Part shown: piece after piece, positions 47,038-56,666 of the stretch
Position numbering within the stretch: position 1 is the first letter of the stretch
Layout: every line of letters starts with the position of its first letter
NCBI GenBank assembly: GCA_947628535.1
Contig: CANRAF010000004.1
Location: 8,566 to 72,565 of the forward strand
DNA length: 64,000 nt
Origin: an uncultured Bacilli bacterium
Lineage (GTDB): Bacteria; Bacillota_I; Bacilli_A; RF39; UBA660
Reading direction: 5' to 3'
The notes under the pieces: model-generated
Told to the model about the DNA's origin: nothing
Databases searched by the model: none
What the model saw: only the letters and a program-made list of their open reading frames with translations
Made by a program: the position numbers and the translations under genes

Positions 47038-47094
47038 AATTTTTATCACTTTCCTTCCTACAATTAATTATACTTATAAGCAAATAAAAAAGAA

Positions 47095-47859
47095 CTATAA
47101 AAGTTCTATTTCTTCCTCTTCTTCTTTTTTTATTTGATCTATAAATGATGTTTCTGGTTCTTTTTTTGGCTCAGGTTCACTTTCTCTTAATTTATCAAAT
47201 ATATTATTTTTATAACTATTTGTCACTGTATGTTTTGGTGATTCTTCTAAATATGGTCTATCATAAATAACATTGCTTTTTGGCGTTTCGTCTTTATATG
47301 GTCCAAATTCTTGTTCAAATACATCTATGGTTGGTTCGGTTTCTTCTTCTTTTTCCATAAAGTTTTGTTTTGGCATATTTTGATTTATATCTTGTTTATT
47401 ATAATTATTATGAATTGGGGATTCTACATAATTTGAGTTGAAATTTGGAATAGTTCTATTATAAACACTATTTACATCATTATTTAAATTATTGGCATTG
47501 TTATCTAGATTATTAAATATAGTATTGTTATTTATATTACTATTTTCATTTCTATTACCATAATTATTTATACCAGAAATTACATTATTAACATTTTTAT
47601 TTTCAGAGTTTGTATTAGTATTTACAGGTGCTTGATAATCATTAAGTCCTACATCAAAATTATTTGTTAAAGTAGGTCCATTATTCCCAGTTATATCGGT
47701 TTTAACATTATTATTTTTTCCTTTTTTACTTGCCTTTATTACAACTTTTTTATCTGCAGTTGCATAAGCAATAATAACAATAATTATTGATAAAAGAAGT
47801 AATGCTACACCAATTGTTATAAGCACCCCAGGAAATTCTAAAAACATACTAAGTTCCAT
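47095..47859 (-). CDS. Membrane-anchored hypothetical protein with an Asn-rich low-complexity region.
   Basis: N-terminal TM (VLITIGVALLLLSIIIVIIAYA). The central part is Asn-rich (NNVNSVYN..., NINNNTIFNNLDNNANNLNN). The C-terminus is acidic. Confidence 0.4.
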   Translation of the reverse strand: MELSMFLEFPGVLITIGVALLLLSIIIVIIAYATADKKVVIKASKKGKNNNVKTDITGNNGPTLTNNFDVGLNDYQAPVNTNTNSENKNVNNVISGINNYGNRNENSNINNNTIFNNLDNNANNLNNDVNSVYNRTIPNFNSNYVESPIHNNYNKQDINQNMPKQNFMEKEEETEPTIDVFEQEFGPYKDETPKSNVIYDRPYLEESPKHTVTNSYKNNIFDKLRESEPEPKKEPETSFIDQIKKEEEEEIELL

Positions 47860-47941
47860 TACAACCCACTCCTTACTCTACTTAATAATATCAAAAAAAA
47901 AATAGATATGCAAGAAAATTTTTAAGTTTTCTTATAATCTA

Positions 47942-49219
47942 TCATTTTTTATTTGGAAGTATTTTAACAATTGCTTCATTTTCAAACAGATTTTTTGCTT
48001 TTAATTTTTCTAATATTTGAAAATCAAGGCTTTTTATTTTACTTATTTTATCAGTTATATAATCACCATAATCTAATACATCATCTAAAATAGAATATAA
48101 AATGTTTAATGGGCTATCAACTAATTTTACTTCTCCTGCTATCCATAGTTTTTTCTCTCTTTCAAACGAATCTTCATCTATTTGTAAATCTTTTAAATAT
48201 GCCTCTAAATTTTTAATTAGTTCTTTTTCTTTGTTAGTTGTTGCATAAAACTCTATTGTATAATGAGATTCTGTTTCAGAAATACGATAAAAACTACTGG
48301 TAAATAATCCTTTTTTTAGCCACTTTTCTCTTATTTTAGAAGTAGACCCAAGACTTATATTTATTAAACTATGAAGATAGACATCTAATTCAAAAGAAGA
48401 AATATTTAAATCTTTAAATTTATTTTTATTTATTTTATAAGATACTGCAACTTTTGGTGTTTCAACATTCATTCTTATCTCTTCATACTCTTTAGCTACT
48501 TCATCTGGTTCTTTTTCAGTAACTTTTTCTACCTTGTTTTTATTTTTTTTAAGTTTTGATAAATTTTCTTTTGCTATTTCAAAAACTTTTTTAGGCTTTA
48601 CATTACCTGTCACAATTAAAGTCATATTATCAGGTGTATAAAAATTATTAAAACATAATTCTAAATCATCTTTACTAATTGTTTTTATATCCTCATCTGT
48701 TCCAATTACCTTGTTTTTATATGGATCTACTTTAAATGTATTTTCTTTTACTTTATTATATAAAACTCTATCAGGATTATCTTTATACATACTTGCTTCT
48801 TCTAAAATTATACCGCGTTCTTTTTCTACTTGTTTATCGTTAATATCTAATGTTTCTATCCAGTTCAGAAGATACTTTAAACTTTTTTCAAAACTTTTAT
48901 TACCTATAAAATAGTACCCTGTATAATCATTTGATGTTGAAGCGTTAACATCTGTTCCAAATTTTTGATAGAATTTAAATGGATCATCTTTTCTTTCAAA
49001 CATTTTATGTTCAAGAAAATGAGCAATTCCTGTTTTTAATTTGTATTCTTTATTATTTATTTTTACTTTTTCAAAACAACCTCCAAATTTTACTGAAAGC
49101 ATTGCAGAGAAATTATGTTTATTTTTTACTTCAACTACATATATTTTTAGACCATTTTTAAGTTTTTCATAGTAAACATTTTCTTTAAAATTATTAATTT
49201 GATATTTCTTCATTTCCAT
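47942..49219 (-). CDS. M16-family zinc peptidase (insulinase-like), catalytic type.
   Basis: Inverted zinc motif HxxEH in GIAHFLEHKMFE. 425 aa. Paired with a second M16 gene upstream. Confidence 0.8.
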   Translation of the reverse strand: MEMKKYQINNFKENVYYEKLKNGLKIYVVEVKNKHNFSAMLSVKFGGCFEKVKINNKEYKLKTGIAHFLEHKMFERKDDPFKFYQKFGTDVNASTSNDYTGYYFIGNKSFEKSLKYLLNWIETLDINDKQVEKERGIILEEASMYKDNPDRVLYNKVKENTFKVDPYKNKVIGTDEDIKTISKDDLELCFNNFYTPDNMTLIVTGNVKPKKVFEIAKENLSKLKKNKNKVEKVTEKEPDEVAKEYEEIRMNVETPKVAVSYKINKNKFKDLNISSFELDVYLHSLINISLGSTSKIREKWLKKGLFTSSFYRISETESHYTIEFYATTNKEKELIKNLEAYLKDLQIDEDSFEREKKLWIAGEVKLVDSPLNILYSILDDVLDYGDYITDKISKIKSLDFQILEKLKAKNLFENEAIVKILPNKK

Positions 49220-50462
49220 CTTCCTTTAATAAAAATATTGTATCTATATTTATTTTTTTAGCTAGCTTTATTATATCTTCTTTGGTTACTTTTTTTATTT
49301 CCTCTTTTTGTACTTTTAAAGTTTCATTTCCTAAATATAGATGATTAAAATAATGGTCTAAAATTGCTCTAGGGAAGTCTTCTACTTCTTTTATAACACT
49401 TAATACTACTTCTTTAGCATCTTTTACTTCTTTTTTTGTAAATTTTCCTTTTTTCATATTTTCTATTTGCTTTAAAATTTCTTCTTTGGTTTTTTCATAG
49501 TTTTTTAAAGATATTCCTGCATGTATTACAAACATTCCATCTAATCTATTAATACTTGATGAAATGCTATAAGCAAAAGAATTTTTCTCTCTTACATTTT
49601 GAAATAATTTTGAGTTTGGAGAATTTCCTAAAATTATGTTATAAATTATTCCTTCATAAAGTTTTTCATGATTAGTTAATTTTTTTATACTAGCACCCAT
49701 AATCAGTTTACTTTGATTAAATTTAGACTCTTCGCTTTTTTCGTTAAATTCTTTTTCATATGATGAAGATGCCTCAGGAAAATTAGAAATATTACTTTTA
49801 GGATTAAAACAAGAACTTATTTGATTTTCTATTTGTTGATTATTAATATCTCCAATTACAAAAATATCAATTTTATTATTTTTGAAAAAATTCTTATAAT
49901 AAGTATATAAATTATCTCTAGTTATTTTATTTAACATCTCTTCTGTTCCCATGATAGATGTAGTAAATATTTTATCTTTTCCAATTAATTCTTTAAATTT
50001 ACTATAACAGACAAAGTTTGGATCTTCTTTTTCACTTATGATTGCAGTCTTTAAATTTTCATAATTTATTTTAAATGCAGATTTATCAAACATATTATTT
50101 TCAACATTAGGATTTGTTAAAACATCAAATAAAAATTTTATTGATTCGTTTATTATTCCCTTTTCAGAAAATTTATCATGAACTGTTACTAAATTTACTT
50201 CTGTTATAATGGCTTTTCCGCGTCTATAATTTCTGCTGTATAGTTCTGCACTAAAAAGTTCTTCTTTTTTTATTGCCATTTCTCTAGCAGTTTTATAATT
50301 TTTAGATGAAAAAAGAAGATTATTTATTAGCATGTTTCTAATTGCCAATTCTTCTTCTTTTATTTTACTTGAAAAAACGACTTTCACTAAAACAGTCTTA
50401 AATTTTGTAGTATTAATTAAATGAAGTGTGTAGTAGTTTTTATTTATTCTCTTTAGTTCCAT
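49194..50462 (-). CDS. M16-family peptidase-like protein, probably the non-catalytic partner.
   Basis: M16 fold length (422 aa) and position. No HxxEH motif seen near the N-terminus. Overlaps the downstream M16 gene by 26 nt. Confidence 0.6.
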   Translation of the reverse strand: MELKRINKNYYTLHLINTTKFKTVLVKVVFSSKIKEEELAIRNMLINNLLFSSKNYKTAREMAIKKEELFSAELYSRNYRRGKAIITEVNLVTVHDKFSEKGIINESIKFLFDVLTNPNVENNMFDKSAFKINYENLKTAIISEKEDPNFVCYSKFKELIGKDKIFTTSIMGTEEMLNKITRDNLYTYYKNFFKNNKIDIFVIGDINNQQIENQISSCFNPKSNISNFPEASSSYEKEFNEKSEESKFNQSKLIMGASIKKLTNHEKLYEGIIYNIILGNSPNSKLFQNVREKNSFAYSISSSINRLDGMFVIHAGISLKNYEKTKEEILKQIENMKKGKFTKKEVKDAKEVVLSVIKEVEDFPRAILDHYFNHLYLGNETLKVQKEEIKKVTKEDIIKLAKKINIDTIFLLKEDGNEEISN

Positions 50463-50499
50463 AGGCCCTCCCTTTATATTATAAGCTGTTTTTTATATT

Positions 50500-51189
50500 T
50501 TATAACGTTTCTAATGCAAGGTTAATGGCCATATCTAAATTTTTTTCTCTTTCAATGGCGCTGATACTTTCATTTGTTATTATATTATCACTTACTGTTA
50601 GAATAGAAGTCGCATTTTTACCAAAGTGATTTGCTAGATAGAAAAGAGCAAAACTTTCCATTTCTACTGCGAGAAGATCATATTTATCACTTGATAACTT
50701 TTTTTCCTTATAAAATAAATCACTTGTGTTTATTGTACCAATAGTTAAATCTATGTCAAGTTTTTTTGCAGCTTCTTTTACTTTTTCGTTTAAATTTGGC
50801 GATGAATATTCTATATCTTTATATTTTCCATTAAACTCTTTAGAGAAGTTTGATAAAGTATAAGAAGAAGATGCAAGAATTATTTTTTTTATAGGTATTT
50901 CTTTTTTTAAAGATCCACATGTTCCTATACGGATAATATTATCTACATCGTAAAAATTAAATAGTTCATAAGCATATATACCCATGCTGGGCATTCCCAT
51001 TCCTGAGGGCATAATTGTTACTTCTTTTCCCTTATATGTTCCGGTATAAGTATTCATACCACGAACATCATTAACTAGTTTTACATTTTCTAGAAATTTG
51101 TCTGCTATATATTTTGCCCTTTTAGGATCTCCCGGCATAATTACTGTTTTCTTTATATTCTCTTTTTTAGCACTATTATGAGGTGTCAT
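50500..51189 (-). CDS. deoD: Purine nucleoside phosphorylase, DeoD type.
   Basis: VIMPGDPKRAKYIADKFL, ...RIGTCGSL..., and ...LAVEMES... are conserved PNP/UDP-1 family motifs. 229 aa. Confidence 0.85.
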   Translation of the reverse strand: MTPHNSAKKENIKKTVIMPGDPKRAKYIADKFLENVKLVNDVRGMNTYTGTYKGKEVTIMPSGMGMPSMGIYAYELFNFYDVDNIIRIGTCGSLKKEIPIKKIILASSSYTLSNFSKEFNGKYKDIEYSSPNLNEKVKEAAKKLDIDLTIGTINTSDLFYKEKKLSSDKYDLLAVEMESFALFYLANHFGKNATSILTVSDNIITNESISAIEREKNLDMAINLALETL

Positions 51190-51200
51190 TTTATCACTCC

Positions 51201-53423
51201 TTATTCATCACTATCTTCAAGTTTTACTAATACTTCACGTGGTTTTGAACCATTTTGTGGTCCTACTATACCACGTTCTTCTAAAAGATCAATTATTCTC
51301 GCAGCTCTGTTATAACCAAGTTTGAATCTTCTTTGAAGTAGTGAAGCGCTTGCTTTTCCCTGCTCGATAACAAACTCTACTATATCATTATATAGTGGAT
51401 CGTCATATTCTTCTTTATCATGAGAAATAGTATTTTCTTTTGCTTCTGCATCAACGTTTTCTAAATTAGCAAAGTTAGGGTCAAATGATGCTTTTTGTTG
51501 TGATACAGTATAATCTACTACTTTTTTAATTTCTTGTTCTGTTACGAAAGCTCCTTGAATTCTCTCAGGTTGATTTTCACCCATTGGTAAGAATAACATA
51601 TCTCCTTTTCCAAGAAGCTTTTCAGCTCCAACCATATCAAGGATAGTACGTGAATCAATACTTGATGATACAGCAAATGAAATTCTCGAAGGAATATTTG
51701 CTTTTATTAAACCTGTTATAACGTCTGTTGATGGACGTTGTGTTGCAATTATTAAATGAATACCTGCTGCACGAGCCATTTGGGTTATACGCATAATTGA
51801 ATCTTCTACTTCTTTCCCAGCAACTAACATAAGGTCTGCAAGTTCATCTACAATGACTACAATGTAAGGCATTCTTGGAAGTTTATCTTCATCTTTTAAT
51901 TTAGCGTTCTTATCATCAATCATTTTATTGTAACCTGCTATATTTTTAGTTTTAGATTCTTCAAATAAATCATATCTTCTTTCCATTTCAGATACGGCAC
52001 GTTTTAAAGCAATAGATGCCTTTTTAGGATCTGTTACTACAGGTGTTAAAAGATGAGGTATTCCATTGTAGATAGAAAGTTCTACTTTTTTAGGGTCTAC
52101 TAAAACAAGTTTTACTTCATCTGGTCTTGCTTTCATTAAAATTGAAATTATAATGTCATTTATACAAACTGATTTACCAGAACCAGTTGCTCCTGCTACT
52201 AAAAGATGAGGAGTTCTATCTATCTCACACCATTTTACTTTTCCCATAATATCTTTACCAAGGGCAACTGCTAAAGGCTCTTGGTTTGTTTTTTTAGGCA
52301 TAAGTTCTAATGTTTCTTTTAAAGTTACCATTTGAGGAGTTTCATTTGGCATTTCAATTCCTACTGTACTTTTACCAGGAATTGGAGCCTGTATACGAAC
52401 ATCTTTTTTAGCTAAGGCTAAAGAGATTTCTTTATTAATTGTAAGAAGTTTTGATACCCTGGTACCTGATGAAAGTGATAATTCATATTGAGTTACGGTT
52501 GGCCCAATATTTACTTCAACTACTTTTCCATTTATACCAAAATCTTTTAAAACTTGTTCAAGAATATCAATATTTTTTTCAATTAAAGTATGATCTGTAC
52601 CCTTTTTGCCTTTCTTACCTTCTTCAAGTAAATCCATTGGTGGAAGAATATAATTAAAATTAACTGCATTTTTTACTGGTTCTTCTTTTGGCTTTGTTTC
52701 GTTTACACTTGTTAATTCTTTTATATCGTGAACTACTAATTTATCATCGTTATGATCAACAATTTTAAATTTAGATTCAGGCTCATCTTCTTTAGCTTCT
52801 TTTTCTTTTGAATTCCTCTTCTTAATATTTTTAGCAGCACTTTTTCCTTTATCAAGAACATCTTTAATAGATAAACCAGTGAAAATCATAAATCCTGCAA
52901 TTATTAAAATTGGTGTTACAACTTTTGTACCTTGAATATCAAAAAGAGAATAGAAAAGTGATGCAAAAATAGCTCCTAAAAGTCCTCCTCCAGTATTAGA
53001 AAGAGCACTATTAAATATTCCAACTTGAACACTTTTATTCATTATTTTTTCTATTCCAAGCATTATATAATCAATTGTTTCAGTAAAGATTTTATCAGTT
53101 TTAATATTATCAAGTACATAATTTTGATGCATAAGTACAACAACACCTATAGTAAACAGGTAAACTCCTACCATTTTTGAAGATAAAAGATTTACCCCTT
53201 TTCTTTTTATAATAATGTAACATCCTACTATTAAAACTATTAAAAGTAAGATGACATATAAATTACCTACTAAAAATAGTGCAAATGAGGCTATACTTCT
53301 TCCAAATATCCCGTATTTACCAATACCTAAAATTGATATTAAAATTAATGCAAATCCATATAATTCTACTAAATAAGTTGGTTTTTCTTTTGTCCCTTTT
53401 CCGCGTGATTTTTTCTTAGCCAC
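51201..53423 (-). CDS. ftsK: DNA translocase FtsK/SpoIIIE.
   Basis: N-terminal 4-TM domain, linker, motor domain with Walker A GATGSGKS and Walker B VIVVDELADL, and a C-terminal gamma winged-helix domain. 740 aa. Confidence 0.9.
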   Translation of the reverse strand: MAKKKSRGKGTKEKPTYLVELYGFALILISILGIGKYGIFGRSIASFALFLVGNLYVILLLIVLIVGCYIIIKRKGVNLLSSKMVGVYLFTIGVVVLMHQNYVLDNIKTDKIFTETIDYIMLGIEKIMNKSVQVGIFNSALSNTGGGLLGAIFASLFYSLFDIQGTKVVTPILIIAGFMIFTGLSIKDVLDKGKSAAKNIKKRNSKEKEAKEDEPESKFKIVDHNDDKLVVHDIKELTSVNETKPKEEPVKNAVNFNYILPPMDLLEEGKKGKKGTDHTLIEKNIDILEQVLKDFGINGKVVEVNIGPTVTQYELSLSSGTRVSKLLTINKEISLALAKKDVRIQAPIPGKSTVGIEMPNETPQMVTLKETLELMPKKTNQEPLAVALGKDIMGKVKWCEIDRTPHLLVAGATGSGKSVCINDIIISILMKARPDEVKLVLVDPKKVELSIYNGIPHLLTPVVTDPKKASIALKRAVSEMERRYDLFEESKTKNIAGYNKMIDDKNAKLKDEDKLPRMPYIVVIVDELADLMLVAGKEVEDSIMRITQMARAAGIHLIIATQRPSTDVITGLIKANIPSRISFAVSSSIDSRTILDMVGAEKLLGKGDMLFLPMGENQPERIQGAFVTEQEIKKVVDYTVSQQKASFDPNFANLENVDAEAKENTISHDKEEYDDPLYNDIVEFVIEQGKASASLLQRRFKLGYNRAARIIDLLEERGIVGPQNGSKPREVLVKLEDSDE

Positions 53424-53547
53424 ATTATCACTCCTACTCTAAAAATTATTATAACACAACTAAAACTAGTAAACAATTTTTTTAATTTTATTTTACTAAA
53501 CTTTTACAAAAAAGAAAAAGAAGTTTTATTTATCTTTATTCTTCCTC

Positions 53548-55299
53548 TTAATCATTTTCCTTTAAAAACTTTAATAAACTTTCTGCTACTTCTCTTGGTA
53601 TTACTTCTGCAAGTTCATCTATACTTGCACTTTTTATTTTATTTAAAGATGTATATTTTTTTAAGAGAATTTTTCTTCTTTTTTCTCCAATACCAGGAAC
53701 ATCTTCTAAAACACTTCTTAACATTCCTTTATTTTTTATATTTCTATGATAAGTAATGGCAAAACGGTGTACTTCTTCTTGCATTTTATATAAGTAAACA
53801 AATAGATTTTTATTTTTTATATCTATTTCCATTAAATTTTCTAAAACAAGTTTTGAAGTTTTATGACTTTTATCTTTTTTTAAACCTATTAAAGGAATAT
53901 CTAATTTTAAACTATTTAATATTTCTTTTGTAGCATTAATTTGTAGGATTCCACCATCTACAATTATTAAGTCTGGCAAAACAGTTTTTTCAACCAAGGC
54001 TTTTTGATATCTTCTATAAATTACTTCTTTCATGGCTGTTAAATCATCTTTAGTTTTAGCATCTATTTTGTATTTACGATACTCATTTTTATCAGGTAAA
54101 AAGTCTTTAAATACAACCATAGCACCAACATAATATGTTCCAAAAAGATGAGAGTTATCAAATAGTTCTATTCTTTCTAATTTATTAAGTCCAAGAATAT
54201 TTTTAAGTTCATTTATACTTTCCATTCTAATATTATCATCTTTTCTTATGCGTTCTATTTTTTCTTTAGAAGATACCTCAGCATTAACATTAGCCATATT
54301 AAGAATTTTTTTTATGTCCCCTTTCTGTGGAACTTGAACTGGTACTGATAAAATGTTTTCTAATCCATCAATTCCCTCGATATCATTAGTTATAATCTTT
54401 TTGGGAAGAGGAAATTTGTCATAAAAATCAATTATATATCTTAAATAAGTATCATTTTTATCTACATAATCAGTTATTATTTTATTCATCTGTCCAATTA
54501 CTACACCATCACGAATAAAGACTGTTTCAATTGCTAAAAAGTTTTCTTTTTCATAGAAACCAAATACATCAAAATTATATTTTATGTTAGATACAATAAT
54601 TTGTTTACTTATTGTATTTTCAATATCACTTATTAAATTTTTAAATTCAAGTGCTTTTTCATATTCAAGATTTTGACTAGCAATATTCATTTTTTCTTCA
54701 AGTTCTTTAGTTAAAAATTTATAATCACCATTTAAAATTTTAGTTATATCGGTAATCATTTCATCTATTTGTGCATTACTAATTTCTTTTTCACAATATC
54801 CAAGACATTCCCCAATATGATAGTATAAGCATACCTTCTTTTTTAATTTTTCACACTTTTTAAGTGGATAAATTCTATTTATTAAGTTAACTGTATTTTT
54901 AGCACTATAGACTCCGGGGAAGGGACCAAATACTTTACCTTTTATTTTTTTTCTCGATTTACTTCTTATTATTTTTAAACTAGGATATTTATCGTTTGTT
55001 AAAACTATATAAGGATAGGTTTTATCGTCTTTTAAGAGAATATTATATTTAGGGTTATATCTTTTTATTAAATTTATTTCAAGTATTAAAGATTCTGTTT
55101 CGCTATTAGTTATCATATATTCAAAATCAGTTATTTGACTTACTAAAACTTTTGTTTTTCCTGTATGGATTTTATTAAAATAAGAATTTACTCTTCTTTT
55201 TAAGTTTTTAGCTTTTCCAACGTAGATTATTACTCCATCTTTGTTTTTCATAAGATAGCACCCTGGTTTATCTGGCAAAAGTTTAAGTTTCTCCTTCAT
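53548..55299 (-). CDS. uvrC: Excinuclease ABC subunit C.
   Basis: N-terminal GIY-YIG (GCYLMKNKDGVIIYVGKAKNLKRRVNSY), UvrBC-interaction, EndoV-like and C-terminal HhH domains (...GIGEKRRKILLKKYTS...). Confidence 0.9.
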   Translation of the reverse strand: MKEKLKLLPDKPGCYLMKNKDGVIIYVGKAKNLKRRVNSYFNKIHTGKTKVLVSQITDFEYMITNSETESLILEINLIKRYNPKYNILLKDDKTYPYIVLTNDKYPSLKIIRSKSRKKIKGKVFGPFPGVYSAKNTVNLINRIYPLKKCEKLKKKVCLYYHIGECLGYCEKEISNAQIDEMITDITKILNGDYKFLTKELEEKMNIASQNLEYEKALEFKNLISDIENTISKQIIVSNIKYNFDVFGFYEKENFLAIETVFIRDGVVIGQMNKIITDYVDKNDTYLRYIIDFYDKFPLPKKIITNDIEGIDGLENILSVPVQVPQKGDIKKILNMANVNAEVSSKEKIERIRKDDNIRMESINELKNILGLNKLERIELFDNSHLFGTYYVGAMVVFKDFLPDKNEYRKYKIDAKTKDDLTAMKEVIYRRYQKALVEKTVLPDLIIVDGGILQINATKEILNSLKLDIPLIGLKKDKSHKTSKLVLENLMEIDIKNKNLFVYLYKMQEEVHRFAITYHRNIKNKGMLRSVLEDVPGIGEKRRKILLKKYTSLNKIKSASIDELAEVIPREVAESLLKFLKEND

Positions 55300-55387
55300 A
55301 ATATTTCTCCTTTTTAAGATTTATCTATATTTATTATACCTAATCTTTAATTTGTTGTAAAATATTTAGAATAAGTTTATAATTAAA

Positions 55388-55975
55388 GTGGTGATTATCT
55401 TGAATATTATTGAAAATAGTGTTAGTAACGAAATTGTTATTAAAAATTCTAGATTTATTTGTTATTTATATAACGTTGAAAGTGAAGATGACGTAAAAAA
55501 ATATTTAAATGATATTTCTATAAAACACAAAGACTCAACTCATGTTACTTATGCTTATAGACTTCTTAATAAACAAAAATATTTTGATGATGGAGAGCCT
55601 GGTGGAACTGCTGGTGCTCCAATTATGGAAGTTATTTTAAAAAATGATTTAGTAAATGTTTTAGCTGTTGTTGTTAGATATTTTGGAGGCATAAAGCTTG
55701 GAGCTGGTGGCCTTATTAGAGCTTATTCTAAAGCTGTGAAAGAAGCTTTAATTCTTACTAATATTAAACTTTATGAAATTTATAATTTGTATGAAATAAA
55801 AGCAAATTATGAAAACTTAAAACTTTTAAATAATATGACTAGTAAATATAAAATAAAAAGTAAAGATTTTAGTGATGATATTGTTTATGTTATTGAAGTG
55901 AAAAATGAAGATGATGATGTTTTAGAAACATTTAAAAATACTTCATTAAATGTAAAAAAAACTATAAAGATTTAA
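55388..55975 (+). CDS. IMPACT/YigZ family protein (UPF0029).
   Basis: ...VIKNSRFICYL...HVTYAYRL...DDGEPGGTAGAPIMEVI... matches the YigZ N-terminal domain signature. 195 aa. Confidence 0.8.
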   Translation: MVIILNIIENSVSNEIVIKNSRFICYLYNVESEDDVKKYLNDISIKHKDSTHVTYAYRLLNKQKYFDDGEPGGTAGAPIMEVILKNDLVNVLAVVVRYFGGIKLGAGGLIRAYSKAVKEALILTNIKLYEIYNLYEIKANYENLKLLNNMTSKYKIKSKDFSDDIVYVIEVKNEDDDVLETFKNTSLNVKKTIKI

Positions 55976-56008
55976 TTCCTTATAGTTTTTTTGTATAAAG
56001 TATGAATA

Positions 56009-56039
56009 AAAAAACAATAACGTTTTTGTTATTGTTTAA
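56009..56039. terminator. Bidirectional rho-independent terminator between the convergent yigZ-like and 56040..56666 genes.
   Basis: AAAAAAACAATAACGTTTTTGTTATTGTTT: 9-bp stem AACAATAAC/GTTATTGTT flanked by A- and T-runs. Confidence 0.55.
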
Positions 56040-56666
56040 TTACTTCATTGAATAAATTTCAAGTTTCTTATCTGTATGAAGAAGTTTAATTTCTACTTCA
56101 TTAGGATATCCTAAATCTTTTTTATATTCTAGATTTACTATTACTTTATAAGCATCATCATCTTTAATATTTTTATAGCTATAAGGTTCTTTTGTTATTT
56201 CTTTTACTTCAGATTTAGTAACTACAGGAAGTTTTTGATCTCTTTTTTTATATATATCTTGCTCAATATATTTATAAACTGTTTCTGATGCTTCGAGAAC
56301 AAAGTTTTGAGCATTTTTTGCTCTTATAAACTGTACTCCTCCAACATCATTTTTTGATACTTTATTGTCTAAATTATAAAAATCTATAGCAGCCATTTGT
56401 GATATAAGTCTTGCATATTCTTCTTCATTAACATTTTCTTCTTTTAAAACACTAACTAATTTTTTAAATAAGTCTTTATATATTTTAGGTTGATCTGCCT
56501 CTAAAGTATAACCATATTCAGGAATTTCATCTATAATTTTTGATTTATTATCATCGCTTTTAAAATATGTTTTATAAACGATAAAACCAGAAACTGCTAA
56601 AGCTAAAACTATTATTAGAATTATTAATATTACTACTTTCTTTTTTAGTTTTTTTCTTTTTCTCAT
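56040..56666 (-). CDS. Membrane-anchored hypothetical protein (208 aa), co-transcribed with ltaS.
   Basis: Lys-rich N-terminus, then a TM (VVILIILIIVLALAVSGFIVY) and an extracytoplasmic domain. Its start overlaps the ltaS stop by 4 nt. Confidence 0.4.
   Translation of the reverse strand: MRKRKKLKKKVVILIILIIVLALAVSGFIVYKTYFKSDDNKSKIIDEIPEYGYTLEADQPKIYKDLFKKLVSVLKEENVNEEEYARLISQMAAIDFYNLDNKVSKNDVGGVQFIRAKNAQNFVLEASETVYKYIEQDIYKKRDQKLPVVTKSEVKEITKEPYSYKNIKDDDAYKVIVNLEYKKDLGYPNEVEIKLLHTDKKLEIYSMK

Noticed and set aside
49194-49219. 26-nt overlap between the two M16 peptidase genes, considered as a frameshifted single gene.
   Set aside because: Both ORFs are full-length M16-like (about 420 aa each). 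Paired catalytic and non-catalytic M16 subunits with overlapping stop/start are a common arrangement.
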